The position numbers and the translations under genes were made by a program. Below, in pieces: positions 1 through 12,570 of a stretch of DNA of 64,000 nt. Within the stretch, counting starts at the first letter, position 1, and every line of letters starts with the position of its first letter. The notes under the pieces are model-generated. The model was not told where the DNA came from and searched no databases. It was given only the letters and a program-made list of their open reading frames with translations. The DNA is from the human T2T-CHM13v2.0 reference genome, Homo sapiens. The DNA is taken from the NCBI RefSeq assembly GCF_009914755.1, contig NC_060947.1. One strand, written 5' to 3'.

Positions 1-178
1 CTCCCGAGTAGCTGAGATTACAGGTGTTTGCCACCACGACCAGCTAATTTTTGTATTTTTAGTAGAGACGGGATTTCACCATATTGGCCAGGCTGGTCTC
101 AAACTCCTGAGCTAGTGATCTACCCACCTCAGCCTCCCAAAGTGCTATGATTACAGGCGTGAGTCACCACACCCAGCC
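1..178 (-). mobile_element. Alu (AluS-like), cut by the window start
   Basis: Reverse-complement Alu: GCTAATTTTTGTATTTTTAGTAGAGACGGG...CCTCCCAAAGTGCT...ACAGGCGTGAG...CCCAGCC; followed by a short (TA)n at 179-194. Confidence 0.93.
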
Positions 179-2648
179 TATATATATATATATAAATTTG
201 TTTACCACAATAAAAGTAATAATCTGCATAGAATTAGAGGCTGGAAGCCACCTTATGCCTGAGGGATCTGATAATTTCTAATCACTTGTGTTCAATCTTA
301 ATAGATTTTTGGGGAACTAGGCAAAAGTTGAAAAAGTTAAAAAAAAGCAGTAGAAAATTCCAAAAATGTAAGATTATTGAGTATTTGATATAGTTGTTTT
401 ATTTATTTGTGTCATACATCCTTTCCCTTCTCTTTTGCAAGACCTTGTAGATATTGTTTTAACTACAGATCACTTTATATTTCTAGACCTAAAACATAAT
501 CACCACATATTGATTTGCTTGTCCTGATAAAGTCAGCATATGGTAATCTAACATTTCTTTTTGCATCACCTTTAATAGATATGAAAGAAAACCACTTGCC
601 TTATTATATTAAAGTGGGAAATGACATGAAATAATATTAGGTTGCTGAAAGTTATCTTTAGAAACAATCAACCTAAATAAATCTCCATTGCATTCCTTCA
701 ACTTTCACTTCTTCATTATAGATAGTTCCTTTGTAGAACCATGGGATAGTTACCTAGTTCTATCTGCTATAGTCTTTAAGTCAATCTTGTTGATAGGAAC
801 AAATAACAAATAATAATCCCCACCTTCTTTGCTTAGAGTGAGCCCAATTAGCTTCTTGGAATTTTCTACTTTATAATTTTAATATGATACTACTACTACA
901 TAGAGGTTTGGTGAAATTTGAGGATGCCTTTTTCATGTTAATAATTTACATAAATGACTTTGAGCTAATGACAGCTTTACAAATATTTTAATGTTATATG
1001 TATATACACTATCTTATTTTATGAAAGCATACTTGTAATTATATTAGGCTCTATCCAAAGTTTTCTTTATTTTTCTTCCAGGCTGTATGAAACGTTAGGA
1101 TAGTATTTCTCTCCTGCTGGTGGAAGAAAGAAGAATTGAAGAACAAGGCAAAAACTCTGATAGGAAACTAAAGTGCTTATATGTTACTGTCTTATCAATA
1201 TTGACTTTTATTGGAGATTAGATTACTTTCCAGAAGTTTTATAAAATCACACAAGTTACTTTGGGACTTCTGAAGAAATGTCTTAGGTCTTTCTGCTTCT
1301 AGAATAGATTATAAGAGCTTGAACAGAAAATTTGCAAATTTGCAGTCAGTTTTATTGGTGGGAAAACTGTGCTTTTTAATAGACCTTTATGTGTTTAATG
1401 TTCTTAAGTAGCATATCCAAAACTTTCTTTCAGGATATTAGAATCCACTTAATTTGGGGCTAGCAATTTCACCAGAGACACAGGACTGAAGCAAATTGTG
1501 ATTATTTATTTGCCAAAGATTTCTGTAAGATGGATTTTGGGAAAAGCAGCCCTAAAATTAATGAACACATTTCAGTATTTAATGCTTTTTCTCATCACCA
1601 ACACTTAGAATGAAAGCATGTCTTCTCTTGTTTCTGGTCATTTAAAGAGGCATATGAAGTAGTAAAAACAGGTCATAGAATGATAGACACTCATTATGAG
1701 ATCTGATCTCAGCCTTGCTGCTAATTGACTGTGGACTTAAGTCAGTCACTTACAACCCCTTGCGTATCATAGATTATTCATCATTATAAGGGGAGATAAG
1801 AGTACAGGACTTCTAAGAAGGCCTTTTCCAGTTCATATACTTCAGACATGTATTTCTGATTCTATGTGTGGTTATAGATTGTTTAGCTAATTTTAAAATA
1901 CAAGCAAAAGGATTGTGTGCCTATTTGTAGATGTACAAAGGAATCATTTATGGAAGGAAATTGTGGACAGTGTGCTAGTGTAGGTGCCAAGCTCTAAAAG
2001 TATATGAGGAGAAGCTAACTTTGGGAGGGGCACTTGGAGTGTGGATTCAGAGAAATCTTAACATGGATAGTAGTGAAGTCAAACAAGCTCACATTGGAGG
2101 ACTTTCATCTTCTCAGTGAACTGGGAAACAAGGTCATTGACTGACTATAAAGGCTCTGGGGTAGGTTTGGAATTTACAGAGAGTAGAAAATACTTATATC
2201 AGCTATAGTGACACATTTTCTAGGGATTCATATATAAATAAAGAGAACAAGTAGGTGTGGCTGGCAAGATGACCAAATAGGAACAGCTCCAATCTGCAGC
2301 TCCCAGCAAGATCAACACAGAAGGTGGGTGATTTCTACATTTCCAACTAACATATACGGCTCATCTCATTGGTACTAGTTAGACATTGGGTGCAGCCCAT
2401 GGAGAGCGAGCCAAAGAAGGGTGGGGTGTTGCCTAACCTAGGGAGCTCAAGGGGTTGGGGAACTCATTCCCCTAGCCAAAGGAAGCCTTGAGGGACTTTG
2501 CTGTGTGGAACGGTGCACTCCAGCCCAGATATTACACTTTTCCCATGGTCTTTGCAACCCACAAACCACAAGATTTCCTCAGGTGCCTAACCACCAGGGC
2601 CCTGGATTTCAAGCACAAAACTGGGCAGCCATTTGGGCAGACATCGAG

Positions 2649-2894
2649 CTAGCTGCAGGAGTTTTTTTTTTTTTTTAATACCCCAATGTCACCTGGAAAA
2701 CCAGCGAGACAGAACTGTTCACTCCCCTGAAAAGGGGGCTGAAGCCAGGGAGCCAAGTGGCCTAGCTCAGTAGATCCCACCCCCACAGAACCCAGCAAGC
2801 TAAGATGTACTGGCTTGAAATTCTCGCTGCCAGCAAAGCAGTCTGAAGTTGACCTAAGATGCTCAAGCTTGGTGGGGGGAGGGGCATCCAACAT
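2649..2894 (-). other. ORF0-like antisense ORF in the L1 5'UTR (81 aa from the internal Met)
   Basis: MLDAPPPTKLEHLRSTSDCFAGS...SVGVGSTE resembles primate L1 ORF0 (MAGAPPPASLPPCSLISDCCAS...SVGVGPSE); part of ORF-track entry 2649..2972. Confidence 0.6.
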
Positions 2895-3602
2895 TACTGA
2901 GGCTTGAGTAGGGTGTTTTCCCTTCACAGTGTAAACAAAGCCCCTGGAATGTTTGAACTGGGTGGAGCCCACAGCAGCTCAGCAAAGCTGCCTTAGCCAG
3001 TCTACCTCTCTAGATTCCTCCTCTCTGGGCAGGGCATCTCTGAAAGAAAGGCAGCAGCCCCAGTCAGGGGCTTATAGATAAAACTCCCATCTCCCTGGGA
3101 CAGAGCATCTAGGGGAAGGGGCAGCTCTGGGCACAGCTTCAGCAGACTTATAATTCCCTGCCTGCTGGCTCTGAAGAGAGCAGCAGATATCCCAGCACAT
3201 TGCTTGAGCTCTGCTAAGGGACAGACTGCCTCCTCAAGTGGGTCCCCGACCCCCATGCCTCCTGATTGGGAGACACCTCCCAGCAGGGGTTGAGAGACAC
3301 CTCATGCAGGAGAGCTCTGGCTGGTATCTGGTGGGTACCCCTCTGGGATGAAGCTTCCAGAGGAAGGAACAGGCAGCAATCTTTGCTGATCTGCAGCCTC
3401 CCCTGGTGATACCCAGGCAAACAGGGTCTGGAGTGGGCCTCCAGCAAACTCCAGCAGACCTACAGCAGAGGGGCCTGACTATTGGAAGGAAAACTAACAA
3501 ACAGAAGGCAATAGCATCAGCATCAACAAAAAGGACATACACACGGAAGCCCCATCTGAAGGTCACCAATATCAAAGACTGAAGATAGATAAATCCATGA
3601 AG

Positions 3603-4608
3603 ATGAGGAAAAACCAGTGCAAAAAGGCTTAAAATTTCAAAAACCAGAAAGCCTCTTCTCATCCAAAAGATCACAACTCCTCTCCAGCAAGAGAACAAAA
3701 CTGGATGGAGAATAAGTTTGATGAATTGACAGAAGTAGGCTTCAGAAGGTGGGTAATAACAAACTCCTTTGAGCTAAAAGAGCATGTTCTAACCCAATGC
3801 AAGGAAGCTAGGAACCTTGAAAAAAGATTTCAGGAATTGCTAACTAGAATAATCAGTTTAGAGAAGAACACAAATGACCTGACGGAGGTGAAAAACACAG
3901 CACAAGAACTTCGTGAAGCATACCCGAGTATTAATAGCCAAATCGATCTAGTGGAAGACAGAATATCAGAGATTGAAGATAAACTTAATGAAATAAAGCG
4001 TGAAGACAAGATTAGAGAAAAAAGAATGAAAAGGAATGAACAAAGCCTCCAAGAAATATGGGACTATGTGAAAAGACCAAACCTACATTTGATGGGTGTA
4101 CTGGAAAGTGATAGGGAGAATGGAACCAAGTTGGAAAACACTCTTCAGGATATTATCCAGAACTTCCCCAGCCTAGCAAGACAGGCCAACATTCAAATTC
4201 AGGAAGTACAGAGAACACCACAAAGATACTCCTCGAGAAGAGCAACCCCAAGACACATAATCGTCAGATTATCATTTCACCAAGGTTGAAATGCAGGAAA
4301 AGGAAAAAATGTTAAGGGCAGCCAGAGAGAAAGGTCAGCTTACCCACAAAGGGAAGCCCATCAGACTAACAGTGGATCTCTTGGCAGAAACTCTACAAGC
4401 CAGAAGAGAGTGGGGACCAATATTCAACATTCTTAAAGAAAAGAATTTTCAACCCAGAATTTCATATCCAGCCAAACTAAGCTTTATAAGTGAAGGAAAA
4501 ATAAATTCTTTTACAGACAAGCAAATGCTGAGAGATTTTGACACCACCAGGCCTGTTTTACAAGAGCTCCTGAAGGAAGCAGTAAACATGGAAAGGAAAA
4601 ACCAGTAG
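3603..4608 (+). pseudogene. L1 ORF1p, disrupted
   Basis: ATG at 3603, early TAA near 3630, frameshifting insertion near 4270; fragments MENKFDELTEVGFRRW...YVKRPNL and REKGQLTHKGKPIRLT...NFQPRISYPAKLSF. Confidence 0.93.
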
Positions 4609-4700
4609 CAGCCACTGCAAAAACATACCAAATTGTAAAGACCATTGACACTATAAGAAACTGCATCAACTAACGGTCAAAACAACCAGCTAGGATCATA

Positions 4701-7375
4701 ATGACAGGATCAAAATTCACACATAACAATATTAACCTTAAATGTCAATGGGCTAAGTGCCCCAATTAAAAGACACAAACTGGCAAATTGGATAAAGAGT
4801 CAAGACCCACTGGTGTGCTGTATTCAGGAGACCCATCTCATGTGTAAAGACACACATGGGCTCAAAATAAAAGGATGGAGGAATATTCACCAAAGAAATG
4901 GAAAACAAAACAAAAAAAAATTAGGGGTTGCAATCCTAGTCTTTGATATAACAGACTTTAAACCAACAAAGATCAAAAAAAGACAAAGAAGGGCATTACA
5001 TAATGGCACAGGGATCAATGAAACAAGAAGAGTTAACTATCCTAAATATATATGCACCCAGTACAGGAGCACCCAGATTCATAAAGCAAGTTCTTAGAGA
5101 CCTACAATGAGACTTAGACTCCCACACAATAATAGTGGCAGACATTAACACCTCACTGTCAATATTAGACAGATCAACGACACAGAAAATTAACAAGGAT
5201 ATTCAGGACTTGAACTCAGCTCTGGACCAAGTGGACCTAATCGACATCTACAGAACTCTCCACCCCAAATCAACAGAATATACATTCTTCTTACACCACA
5301 TCACACTTATTCTAAAATTGACCACGTAATTGGAAGTAAAACACTCCTCAGCAAATGCAAAGGAACAGAAATCATAACAAACAGTTTCTCAGACCACAGT
5401 ACAATCAAATTAGAATTCAGGATTAAGGAACTCACTCAAAACTGCATAACCACATGGAAACTGAATGATTACTGGTAATAACGAATTAAGGCAGAAATAA
5501 ATAAGTTCTTAGAAACCAATGAGAATAAAGACACAACATACCAGAATCTCTGGGACACAGCTAAAGCATTATTTAGAGGGAAATTTATAGCACTAAATGC
5601 CCACAGGAGAAAGTGGGAAAGATCTAAAATCAACACCCTAACATCACAGTTAAAAGAACTAGAGAAGCAAGAGCAAATAAATTCAAAAGCTAGTAGAAGA
5701 CAAGAAATAACTAAGATCAGAGCAGAACTGAAAGAGATAAAAACACGAAAAACACTTCAAAAAAATCAATGAATCCAGGAGCTGCTTTTTTTGAAAAGAT
5801 TAACAAAATAGATAGACTGCTAACCAGACTAACAACAACAAAAAAAAGGCAGAAGAATAAAATAGGCACAATAAAAAATGATAAAGGAGATATCACCACT
5901 GATCCCAAGGAAATACAAACTACCTTCAGAGAATACTATAAACACCTCTATGCAAATAAACTAGAAAATCTAGAAGAAATGAATTCCTGGACACATACAC
6001 CCTCCTAAGACTAAACCAGGAAGAAGTCAAATCCCTGAATAGACCAATAACAAATTTTAAAATTGAGGCAGTAACTAATAGCCTACCAACCAAAAAAAGC
6101 CCAGGACCAGATGGATTTGGCCAAAACAATCATAAGCAAATAGAAGAAAGCTGGAGGCATCATGCTGCCTGACTTCAAACTATACTATAATGCTATAGTA
6201 ACCACAGCAGCATGGTACTGGCATCAAAACAGATATATAGACCAATGGAACAGAACAGAGCCCTCAGAAATAATGCCACACATCTACAACCATCTGATCT
6301 TTGACAAACCTGAGAAAAAACAAGCAATGGGGAAAGGATTCCCCATTTAATAAATGGTGCTGGGAAAACTGGCTAGCCATATGCAGAAAACTGAAACTGG
6401 ACCCCTTCCTTACACTTACACAAAAATTAACTCAAGATGGATTAAAGACTTAAATATAAGACCTAAAACCATAAAAACCCTAGAAGAAAACCTAGGCAAT
6501 ACCATTCAGGACACAGGCATGGGCAAAGACTTCATGACTAAAACACCAAAAGCAATGGCAACAAAAGCCAAAATTGACAAATGGGATCAAATTAAACTAA
6601 ACAGCTTCTGCACAGCAAAAGAACTGTCATCAGAGTGAACAGGCAGCCTACAGAATGGGAGAAAATTTTTGCAATCTATCCATCTGACAAAGGGCTAATA
6701 TCCAGAATTTTCAAAGAACTTAAACAAATTTACAAGGAAAAATCAGACCACCCCATCAAAAAGTGGGCAAAGGATATGAACAGACACTTCTCAAGAGGAG
6801 ACATTTATGCGGCCGACAAACATGAAAAAAAGCTCATCATCACTGGTCATTAGAGAAATGCAAGTCAGAACCACAATGAGACACCATCTCACACCATTTA
6901 GAACAGTGATCATTAAAAAGTCAGGAAACAACAGATTCTGGGGAGGATGTCGAGAAATAGGAACACTTTTACATTGTTGGTGGGAGTGTAAATTAGTTCA
7001 ACTATTGTGGAAGACAGTGTAGCGATTCATCAGGGATCTAGAACCAGAAATACCATTTGACCCAGCAATTCCATTACTGGGTATATATCCAAAGGATTAT
7101 AAATCATTCTATTATAAAGACACATGTACATGTATGTTTATTGTGGCACTGTTTACAATAGCAAAGACTTGGAACCAACCCAAATGCCCATCAATGATAG
7201 ACTGGATAAAGAAAATGTGGTACATATACACCATGGAATATTATGCAGCCATAAAAAAGATGAGTTCATGTCCTTTGCAGGGACATGGACGAAGCTGGAA
7301 ACCATCATTCTCAGCAAACTAACAAAGGAACAGAAAGCCAAACACCACATGTTCTCACTTATAAGTGGGAGTTGA
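4701..7375 (+). pseudogene. L1 ORF2p, disrupted; endonuclease and C-terminal parts present, RT core deleted
   Basis: ATGACAGGATCA start, CCIQETHL endonuclease motif; KSPGPDG sequence joined directly to the KAGGI(M)LPDFKLYY region near 6118; C-terminal [14 protein letters not shown]. Confidence 0.92.
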
Positions 7376-7591
7376 ACAATAAGAACACCTGGACACAGGG
7401 AGGGGAACATCACTCACCAGGGCCTGTCATGGGGTGAGGGGTTAGGGGAGGGATAACATTAAGAGAAATACCTAATGTAGATGATGGGTTGATCGGTGCA
7501 GCAAACCACCATGGCACCTGTTTACTTCGGTAACAAAGCTGCACATTCTGTACATGTATCCCAGAACTTAATGTATAATAATAATAAAAAG

Positions 7592-8150
7592 AACTTTGAA
7601 CCTAGAATTTTTATCTAGCCAAATTTTTATTCAAATATGAGGGAATAATAAAAATATTTTCCCAAATATTAGGCCTTAGGGGGTTTTGTACATAAGACTC
7701 TACATTGAAAACCCAACAAGGAGTACCAAATTAGAAGAGAAGCAAATCCAAACAAGGGTGCCAAGAATATAGCAAGCTCAAATGATCAACTTTCTTTCCT
7801 AAATGTATTGATGACTTCACAGTAAAATTAAATATAATTTTAGGAATAAAGGAAATAAAAAGTGAAATTATATTTATCATAACCCATAACTAAGCTTATA
7901 GCCTAAATTAACATAATGGAGATGAGAGGAAACTAAATTAACTATAGAGCATGCTGAACTTCTTTTATTCTGGAGAAATTATAAATATTAATATCTTTAA
8001 GATACAAAAAAAGAGCAAATAAACATGAGAATAGTTATTAAGGTAAAAAAACTATAGAACATTAAAAGAATTACAACTTTTAAGACAATATAGAGCGGAA
8101 AACACTGTCCAATGGAAAGCACCTAATGGAGACAGTAAAAACAAAAGAAA
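7592..8150 (+). mobile_element. Old L1M fragment (ORF1 3' end / inter-ORF region)
   Basis: GAACCTAGAATTTTTATCTAGCCAAATTTTTATTCAAATATGAGGG resembles the L1 ORF1 PRILYPAKL coding region; A-rich. Right boundary approximate. Confidence 0.5.
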
Positions 8151-8944
8151 ATCTATAGTATAATCTGATTTTAGACATATTGCAGATGCTCATCCGTCAG
8201 TGTAAATTTATTAGATTTCGTCCAACTCCAAAAAAATTAAATTACCTCTTCTTTCAGACACTAGTTTACCATACGCAGAATTGTTCAATACCAAGAGCTT
8301 AATATTTTGTTGAACTCTTTATGCTCTGCAATAAAACAATTTTAGCGCATAATCAGCTGGTATCCAAATTATAGCACCCATAATTTGTCTGTAATTTGAT
8401 CCTGCTCCAAGCAGTGTGTTATGGTCTGGTCATAGATAAACAAAGAGATATATACATATGCCATGTTTTGTGTGTTTGTTCGTGTGTACTTAACAAAGAT
8501 GAATAGAATTTTAATACTTAAAGTCAGCTTGCTGAAAAGAAAGAAGAAAAAGCCTTAAAATAATCTGTCAGCTACCCCCCTTTTGGGCACCAGAGGGAGA
8601 CCACGATTCAGTTTTACTCAACTGAAAATAAGTGCAACTTAAAAATAGTAGACTTGTTTTTCCATTATTCATACTCTGAACCAATATTTTCTTTCAAAGG
8701 AATTGCTGTCCTTTTACTTAGTCCAGAGGCTCTGAAAGTCTAGGCATGTTTGAGAGGATTAATCTGTGTCGGAGGATATAATGGAAGCTAACAAAGTTAA
8801 CATTTTTTTCGTATGTTGATTAGGCACCAGAGATGCTAAATTAGTATACTCTAGCTAGAGTCCTGCTAAACTTATAGCAGTGGAAGTGCTATCTGGCTAC
8901 CTGAGCTACACAGACCACCTACTCAGTACCCATACCACCCAGAC

Positions 8945-9020
8945 AGACACACACATGTATAAATACAGATGTACACACACAGAGACACACATAAATGCAG
9001 ACACGCACACACACACACAC
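8945..9020. repeat. Interrupted (CA)n microsatellite
   Basis: CAGACACACACATGT...GCACACACACACACAC. Confidence 0.85.
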
Positions 9021-9721
9021 AAAATTATTGCTGTTGGTGGTTGAACCTGGATTTAGTGAGACAGCCAGTAGTAAATGAAGATTTGGTTTTCCCAGTTACT
9101 GCCCAAAAAATGCTGTTTCAGTTCAACATCTATCCGATTTTAGCAATATTAAAAAAAAAACCCAGAAAAGCAATGACTAATTGTTTTTATTTAAATAAGG
9201 ATTTTATAATTGTAAAATGATTTTGTCCCTAATTGAGTGTATAATTTGATCATCTAAATGTAGCCATGTGTAGAAAATAAAGAGCATCAGAAAGCCAAAA
9301 AGAAACATTCATAACTTTCAAATTAAAAATATAAATTATAATTCAGTTTGGGTATATCACTTCATACAATAAAACTGATCTCTCAGAAAGGTACAGGGAG
9401 TCTTTGCTCCTTTTACTGATAAGATACCTTGGGACCCATAAAAGTTTAACTGCAGTTAGGTGAGATATCTGTAATGGGGCAATACTAGAGGAGAGACTCA
9501 GCCTCCAGTGATAAAAATAAGCCCAGCTCAGAAGGCAGAAAGTACAGAGGGAGGGTACAAAAGGGTGGACCAGTATGTGAGTGGGCATGGTATTAGCTGG
9601 TAGGGAGGTAAGCAGGTTAAAAAATAAGACAATACTCGTTGACTACATTGACTAGCTTCTCTGGGTCTCAGCCAAAATAATTATGTCAACATATCATCTT
9701 AAAAATATGTATGAGTACTCA

Positions 9722-12570
9722 GGAGGTGGAGCAAGATGGTAGAATAGAAGGCTCTGCCAATTAGATTCCCCCACCACCAGCAAGGACGCCAAATTAACAA
9801 TCATCTACACAAAAAAACACCTGCGTAAAACCCAAAGATCAGGTGAGCACTCATAGTACCTGGTTTTAACTTCATATCACTAAAAGATGAACTGAAGAGA
9901 TAGAGAAAACAGTCCTGAATCGCTGAGGCTACCCTTCCCCACCCCCCCACCCGCAGCAGCAGTGGCCTGGTATGTAAAGCATCTCTGAGTGCTGGGGGAG
10001 AGAAAACACAGCAATTGTGTGGCATTGAATTTGGTGCTGTCCTGTTAGAGCAGAAAGGAAAACCAAACCAAACTCAGCTGAAATCTGTTCGTGGAGGGAG
10101 CATTTAAACCAGCCATAGCCAGAGGGGAATCACAGATCCCAGTGGTCTGAACTTGAGTGTCTGCAAACCTAACCATAGAGGACTACAGTGCTCTGTGTCT
10201 TCAAGTAGATTTGAAAGGCAGTCTAGGCTATAAAACTGCAATGCTTAGGTGAGACCTAGTGCTAAATTAAGCTCAGAGACAGCGAACTCGGTAGGACATT
10301 TGACACACTGAGACACCAGCTGGGGCAGCCAAGGAAGTGCTGGCATCACACCTCCCCTAACCCCAGGCCACACAGCTCATAGCTCCAAAAGAGACCTCTT
10401 TCTTCCACATGATTAAAAGAGAGGGAAGAGTGCGGAAGACTGTCCTGCATCTTGGATACCAGCTTAGCCACGGTAAAATAGGGCACTGGACAAAGTTACG
10501 AGGCTCCCATTCTAGGCTATAGCTTCCAGATGACATTTCTAGACACATCTGAACTTGAAGGGAGCCTACTGCCTTGAAGAAAAGGACCCAGTCCTGGCAG
10601 CATTCATCACCTGCTAACTAAAAGCTCTTGGACCCTGAAAAACCAGCAACGATACTCGGATACTACATTTTGGGCCTTGGTGATAATCTGAGACTTACTG
10701 GCTTGAGGTGAGACTCAACACATTACCAGCTGAGGTGGCTATGGAGCAAAACTCATTTTTCTTGAGAAAAGCAGAGGGAAAAGTAAAGGGGACCTAGTCT
10801 TGCAGCTTAGGTACCAGCATGTCCAAAGGTGGCCAGAGCACCAAGTTAGTTCTTGGGGGTCCCTGATTCCAGGACATGATTCTTCGATGGCATTTTTGGA
10901 CATGATCTGGGCCAGAGGGTAGCCCACTGACCTGAAAGGTGAGTCCCAGGACAGTCAGCATTCACCACAGGCTGACTTAAAAGCCCTTGGGGCTTAAGGG
11001 AACATTGGCTGGTAGTCTAGCAGTACTCCATGTAGCCTGGGCTCATGATGGCTATAGTGAGGATCCTCTGCCACTGGAAAGGGAAGGGAAGAGTGGAAAA
11101 GGCTGCATCTTGTGGTTTAAGTGTCAGCTCAGCTGCAATATAATAGAACGCCAGTTAGACTTTTAAGGTTTTGACTCTAGTTTCTGACTCATGGACATCA
11201 CCTCTGGACCCACCTAGGGTCTGGTGGATCTCTCTTCCCCAAAGGGAAGGACACAGGCCTGACTGGCTTTACCACCTGCTGATTGTGGAGCCCCAGCGCC
11301 TTGAGAAAATATAGGCAGTAGCCAGGGAGTGGTTACAGCAGGCCTTGGGCAAGACCCAGCACTGTGCTGGCTTCAGGTCCCAGCACAGTCATAGTGGTGG
11401 TGGCTGTAGAAGTGCTTGTATAACTCTGCCTTGAGCTTTAGGTGGCTCAGAACAGAGAGAGAAATTCTGTTTGGGAGAAAGGAAAGAGAGAAAACAAGAG
11501 TCTCTGCCTGGTAATCCAGATAATTCTCCTCGATCTGGTCCATGACCATCAAGGTGGTACCTTCACGAATCTGCAAGAACCACAGTGTTACTGAGCTTAG
11601 GGTACTCCCTAAAGAAGGTAGAGCTTAGGTCACAACACCCAGGTCCTTTCAAATGTCTAGAAAGTCTTGCTAGGAAGGACAGGTACAAATAAGCCCAGAC
11701 AGTGAATACTAAAATAAATAATTAATTCTTCCATACTCAGACACCAAAGAACATCAACTAGCATCAACACGATCCAGGAAAACAAGACCTCATCAAATGA
11801 ACTAAATAATGCACCAGGGACCAATCCTGGAGAAACAGGCATATGGGGACGTTCAGACAGAGAACCCCAAAAAACTGTGTTTAGCAATCTCAAAGAAATT
11901 CAAGATAACACAGAGAAAGAATTCAGAATTCTATCAGAATAATTTAACAAAGAGATTGAAAAAATTAGAATCAAGTGAAAGTTCTGGAGGTGGAAAATGT
12001 AATTGGCATACTGAAGAATGCATCAGAGTCATTTATTTTTTAGAGACGGGGTCTCGCTATGTTTGCCCAGGCTGGAGTGCAGTGGCTATTTACAGGCATG
12101 ATTCCACTACTGATCAGCATGGTAGTTTTGGCTTGCTTCGCTTCTGACCTGGGCCAGTTCACCCGTCGTTAGACAACCTGGTGGTCCCGCACTCCTGGGA
12201 GGTCACCATACTGATGCCGAACTTAGTGCGGACACCTGATCAGCATAGTGCAATATAGTCCAGAACTCTTGGACTCAAGCAATCCTTCTTCCTCAGCCTC
12301 CCAAGTAGCTGAGACTACAGGCATGCACTACTGCACCCCATGCATGAGCCCTTTAATTGCAGAATTAATCAAGCAGAAGAAAGAATTAGTGAGCTTGAAG
12401 ACATGCTATTTGGAAATATACAGAGGAAACGAAAGAAAAAGGAAGGAAAAACAATAAAGCACACCTACAGAATGTAGAAAACAGCCTCAAAAGGTCAAAT
12501 CTAAAAGTTATTCGTTTTAAAGAGGAGGTAGAGAAAAAGATAGGGGTAGAAAGTTTATTCAAAGGGATAA
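9722..12570 (+). mobile_element. L1MA1-3 (L1M1-type) 5'UTR and ORF1 start, interrupted by the 7SL retrocopy
   Basis: GGAGCAAGATGGTAGAATAGAAGGCTC...CAGGTGAGCACTCATAGTACCTGGTTTTAACTTCATATC; ORF1 remnants at about 11700-12570. Confidence 0.85.
12042..12339 (-). pseudogene. Full-length 7SL (SRP RNA) processed pseudogene, RN7SL-like
   Basis: Reverse complement of 7SL including the non-Alu S domain (GGAGGTCACCATACTGATGCCGAACTTAGTGCGGACACC; CACTACTGATCAGCA); T-tract at 12031-12041; degenerate TSD ATGCATCAGAGTC / ATGCATGAGCC. Confidence 0.95.

Larger units (their letters stand above)
2254..7590 (+). mobile_element. LINE-1, L1PA7/L1PA8-like; 5'UTR to poly(A) with an internal deletion in ORF2
   Basis: 5' end GGCTGGCAAGATGACCAAATAGGAACAGCTCC; ORF1 and ORF2 remnants in the ORF track; 3' end ...CATGTATCCCAGAACTTAATGTATAATAATAATAAAAA. 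About 5.3 kb long; no clean TSD found. Confidence 0.95.

Noticed and set aside
2235-2253. TSD for the L1PA8-like element
   Set aside because: Only a weak AAAGAGAAC / AAAAAGAAC resemblance in A-rich sequence; not convincing.
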